Source: a virus
Lineage: Duplodnaviria; Heunggongvirae; Uroviricota; Caudoviricetes
DNA length: 39,708 bases
Strand: one strand, 5' to 3'
IMG/VR virus record: IMGVR_UViG_2909288124_000005
Location: 1-39,708 of that record
The notes beneath the pieces are model-generated. The model had not been told where the DNA came from and made no database searches. It saw only the letters and a list, made by a program, of their open reading frames with translations. Positions 37,109-39,708 of this stretch are shown piece after piece. Every line of letters starts with the position of its first letter. The stretch's first letter is position 1. A program made the translations under genes and the position numbers.

Positions 37109-38206
37109 TCAAGAGGCCTTATTTCTGCTCCTTTGGAGCTCTTCAAAACGATTATGTAAAGATTTCGGATACAGTTCGGTATATACCTGCCATAGCACGT
37201 TTAATGAACGATGCCCTGTAACCTGGGCGACTTCCTCAATACTAAAACCAGCCTCAAATAAGCGACTTGCCCCTTCTCTACGCAAATCATGGTATCGTAG
37301 ATCTTTAATACCTAATTTGCTTCTTACCCTCTGGAATCCCGCAGTAACAGAAGTGCTGTTATATGGAAAAATGAATTCTGATTTTTTGGGTTGTCGTTGG
37401 ACGATATCCCAGGCTTCCCCAAGCAAGGCTACTTTCATATGGTTGCCTTCCTTTTTACGTGGATCTTTCCTGTCTCTTACGAGTATGGATTTTTGTTCCT
37501 GATCGAGATCCTCCCATCGTAATCGGCATACTTCACCGATTCGCATACATGACCACACAGAAAATTTGAGGATATCAACGAACGGAATTTTTGAGCATTT
37601 ATGTGTAGATCGTTGTTGAAGACCTTCAATGAGCATGTCCAGTTCATCAGATGCCGGTCTACGATTACGACGATTTGATTTACCAATTAAACCAAGTTTA
37701 AGTAGATATGGACGAGCGGCTTTTGCTGGGTTTGATGTGTAATTAATTCCATATACAGGTTTGGCAGCATCCAGAACACTGCCAAGATAACTAACATCGT
37801 GGCTAACTGTAGCTGGACCTGCACCAGCGTTGTTTCTTAGCCTGCAATGTTCAATTACGTCATTTTCTGTCAGTTCAGATAGTTTGATCGCGGAGATGTC
37901 ACTATCCATAAGCAGTTCCAGCACATATCTTTTAGTACGGCCTGCTTTACCTCCGGCATTTGGGTCATTTAAATATTTGTGTAGTAAGTCACGGACTGTA
38001 AGTCCGTCAACTGCATTTGATGATGGAATGCCATATAGATCTAATTCCATCACTTTCTGTGTGCCCCATGTTTTGGCATGAGCATGTTTAGGGAATGTTT
38101 TACTTTCCCTGTAAGTGATAACACCTTTTTCTTTGATAATCACATTACAGCGATAGCGTGGTGTGCCATCGGATTTTAGTCGTTTCTCTATGTTATAGTA
38201 CGCCAT
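37109..38206 (-). CDS. Tyrosine integrase, dusA-associated type
   Basis: C-terminal R...H..LRR...Y catalytic pattern (RYHDLRR...GHRSL...Y); start 89 bp from dusA start, divergent. Confidence 0.9.
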   Translation of the reverse strand: MAYYNIEKRLKSDGTPRYRCNVIIKEKGVITYRESKTFPKHAHAKTWGTQKVMELDLYGIPSSNAVDGLTVRDLLHKYLNDPNAGGKAGRTKRYVLELLMDSDISAIKLSELTENDVIEHCRLRNNAGAGPATVSHDVSYLGSVLDAAKPVYGINYTSNPAKAARPYLLKLGLIGKSNRRNRRPASDELDMLIEGLQQRSTHKCSKIPFVDILKFSVWSCMRIGEVCRLRWEDLDQEQKSILVRDRKDPRKKEGNHMKVALLGEAWDIVQRQPKKSEFIFPYNSTSVTAGFQRVRSKLGIKDLRYHDLRREGASRLFEAGFSIEEVAQVTGHRSLNVLWQVYTELYPKSLHNRFEELQRSRNKAS

Positions 38207-38294
38207 TACACGACCTCGTTATTTCGGGTTCCCATAAAACGTGGGAACCTGTGCGGGAACCTAACGCGAGAAAAATAGCCTGAAATGTTCAAAA

Positions 38295-39332
38295 ATGCAC
38301 GATAATCATGAAACACAAAAAATTAATCAAACCAGCGTGATGCCTGAAAAAACTGGTGTTTACTGGAATTCTCGGTTTAGCATTGCCCCTATGCTCGACT
38401 GGACGGACAGACATTGCCGCTATTTCTTGCGTCTGCTTTCCCGCAATACGTTGCTGTATACCGAAATGGTGACCACAGGGGCGATTATTCACGGTAAAGG
38501 TGATTATCTGGCGTACAGTGAAGAAGAACATCCGGTAGCGTTGCAACTGGGCGGTAGCGATCCGGCGGCGCTGGCGCAGTGTGCAAAGCTGGCAGAAGCG
38601 CGCGGATATGATGAGATCAACCTGAATGTCGGCTGCCCGTCTGACCGGGTGCAGAACGGCATGTTTGGTGCGTGTCTGATGGGTAATGCGCAGCTGGTTG
38701 CCGACTGCGTGAAAGCGATGCGCGATGTGGTGTCGATTCCGGTGACGGTGAAAACGCGTATTGGCATCGACGACCAGGACAGCTATGAATTTCTCTGCGA
38801 TTTCATCAATACCGTTTCCGGCAATGGCGAGTGTGAGATGTTCATCATCCACGCACGTAAAGCCTGGCTTTCGGGGTTAAGCCCGAAAGAAAACCGTGAA
38901 ATCCCGCCGCTCGATTATCCGCGTGTGTATCAACTGAAGCGTGACTTTCCGCATCTGACAATGTCGATTAACGGTGGTATCAAGTCGCTGGAAGAGGCCA
39001 AAGCACACCTGCAACATATGGATGGCGTGATGGTCGGGCGCGAGGCGTATCAGAATCCGGGTATTCTGGCGGCGGTAGACCGGGAGATCTTTGGTTCCTC
39101 GGATACCGATGCCGATCCGGTGGCGGTAGTGCGCGCCATGTATCCGTACATTGAGCGTGAACTCAGCCAGGGGACGTATCTCGGCCATATTACCCGGCAT
39201 ATGTTGGGCTTGTTCCAGGGTATTCCTGGCGCGCGGCAGTGGCGGCGTTATTTAAGTGAAAATGCCCATAAAGCGGGTGCAGACATTAATGTGCTGGAAC
39301 ACGCGCTCAAACTGGTGGCGGATAAGCGTTAA
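38295..39332 (+). CDS. dusA: tRNA-dihydrouridine synthase A; 5' end probably prophage-supplied
   Basis: Dus-family sequence throughout; followed by pspG as in E. coli. Confidence 0.9.
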   Translation: MHDNHETQKINQTSVMPEKTGVYWNSRFSIAPMLDWTDRHCRYFLRLLSRNTLLYTEMVTTGAIIHGKGDYLAYSEEEHPVALQLGGSDPAALAQCAKLAEARGYDEINLNVGCPSDRVQNGMFGACLMGNAQLVADCVKAMRDVVSIPVTVKTRIGIDDQDSYEFLCDFINTVSGNGECEMFIIHARKAWLSGLSPKENREIPPLDYPRVYQLKRDFPHLTMSINGGIKSLEEAKAHLQHMDGVMVGREAYQNPGILAAVDREIFGSSDTDADPVAVVRAMYPYIERELSQGTYLGHITRHMLGLFQGIPGARQWRRYLSENAHKAGADINVLEHALKLVADKR

Positions 39333-39465
39333 CTTTTCACCAAAAAGTAGTCAAATTCACCACGCCCTGCGCACCGTCGCGGGGCGTTTTGCTGTTAAAT
39401 CAATAGATTATTTTTGGCATGATTCTTGTAATGCCAGCAAGAGATTTCATATTTGGGAGAGCATC

Positions 39466-39708
39466 ATGCTGGAACTACTTTTTGTGATTGGCTTTTTTGT
39501 CATGCTGATGGTCACCGGCGTTTCGTTGCTGGGCATTATCGCCGCGCTGGTTGTGGCGACGGCCATTATGTTCCTCGGCGGTATGCTGGCATTGATGATT
39601 AAGTTGCTGCCGTGGTTACTACTGGCGATTGCGGTGGTGTGGGTTATTAAGGCGATTAAAGCACCAAAAGTGCCGAAATATCAGCGTTATGACCGCTGGC
39701 GTTACTAA
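39466..39708 (+). CDS. pspG: Phage shock protein G
   Basis: 80-aa two-TM protein, ATG 39466 after GGGAGAG RBS; known neighbour of dusA in E. coli. Confidence 0.7.
   Translation: MLELLFVIGFFVMLMVTGVSLLGIIAALVVATAIMFLGGMLALMIKLLPWLLLAIAVVWVIKAIKAPKVPKYQRYDRWRY

Larger units (their letters stand above)
1..38294. mobile_element. Prophage (HK97-type head, Mu-type contractile tail, lambdoid regulation) integrated at 5' end of dusA; left boundary not within window
   Basis: Contiguous phage gene order from recombination/immunity/replication/lysis/packaging/head/tail to invertase and integrase; integrase start lies 89 bp upstream of dusA start. Confidence 0.85.

Noticed and set aside
1-39708. tRNA, rRNA or IS elements
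   Set aside because: No cloverleaf-like tRNA signatures, rRNA-like stretches or transposase ORFs with terminal inverted repeats were seen by eye; a computational tRNA scan would be needed to be certain.

Overview
The window is almost entirely one temperate prophage (about 1..38294) integrated at the 5' end of host dusA, followed by host dusA and pspG. All calls are made by eye from the sequence and ORF track; no searches were run, so family names are recollection-based and coordinates of hand-located motifs may be off by a base or two. Layout: (i) an AT-rich plus-strand two-gene cargo module at the far left (Panacea/DUF4065-like protein plus a coupled 156-aa orphan); (ii) a minus-strand early-left operon resembling the E. 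coli CPS-53 yfdP-yfdT block, with a DEDD exonuclease and PrtN-like protein; (iii) a lambdoid immunity region with a LexA-like CI repressor and divergent Cro; (iv) replication and nin-like genes including an initiator with internal iterons, Dam-type methyltransferase, LexA DNA-binding-domain-only protein, RusA, KilA-N, DUF968 and a Q-like antiterminator; (v) a lysis cassette followed by a GrlR-like moron; (vi) HK97-type packaging and head genes; (vii) a Mu-type contractile tail and baseplate; (viii) a Gin/Pin-type invertible tail-fibre segment bounded by 19-bp perfect inverted repeats with its serine invertase; (ix) a DinI-like gene and a tyrosine integrase abutting dusA. The best candidates for something undescribed are the left-end Panacea-like module, a GC-rich highly structured non-coding segment at 4974..5300, and the repeat-flanked small-ORF locus between the left operon and cI.
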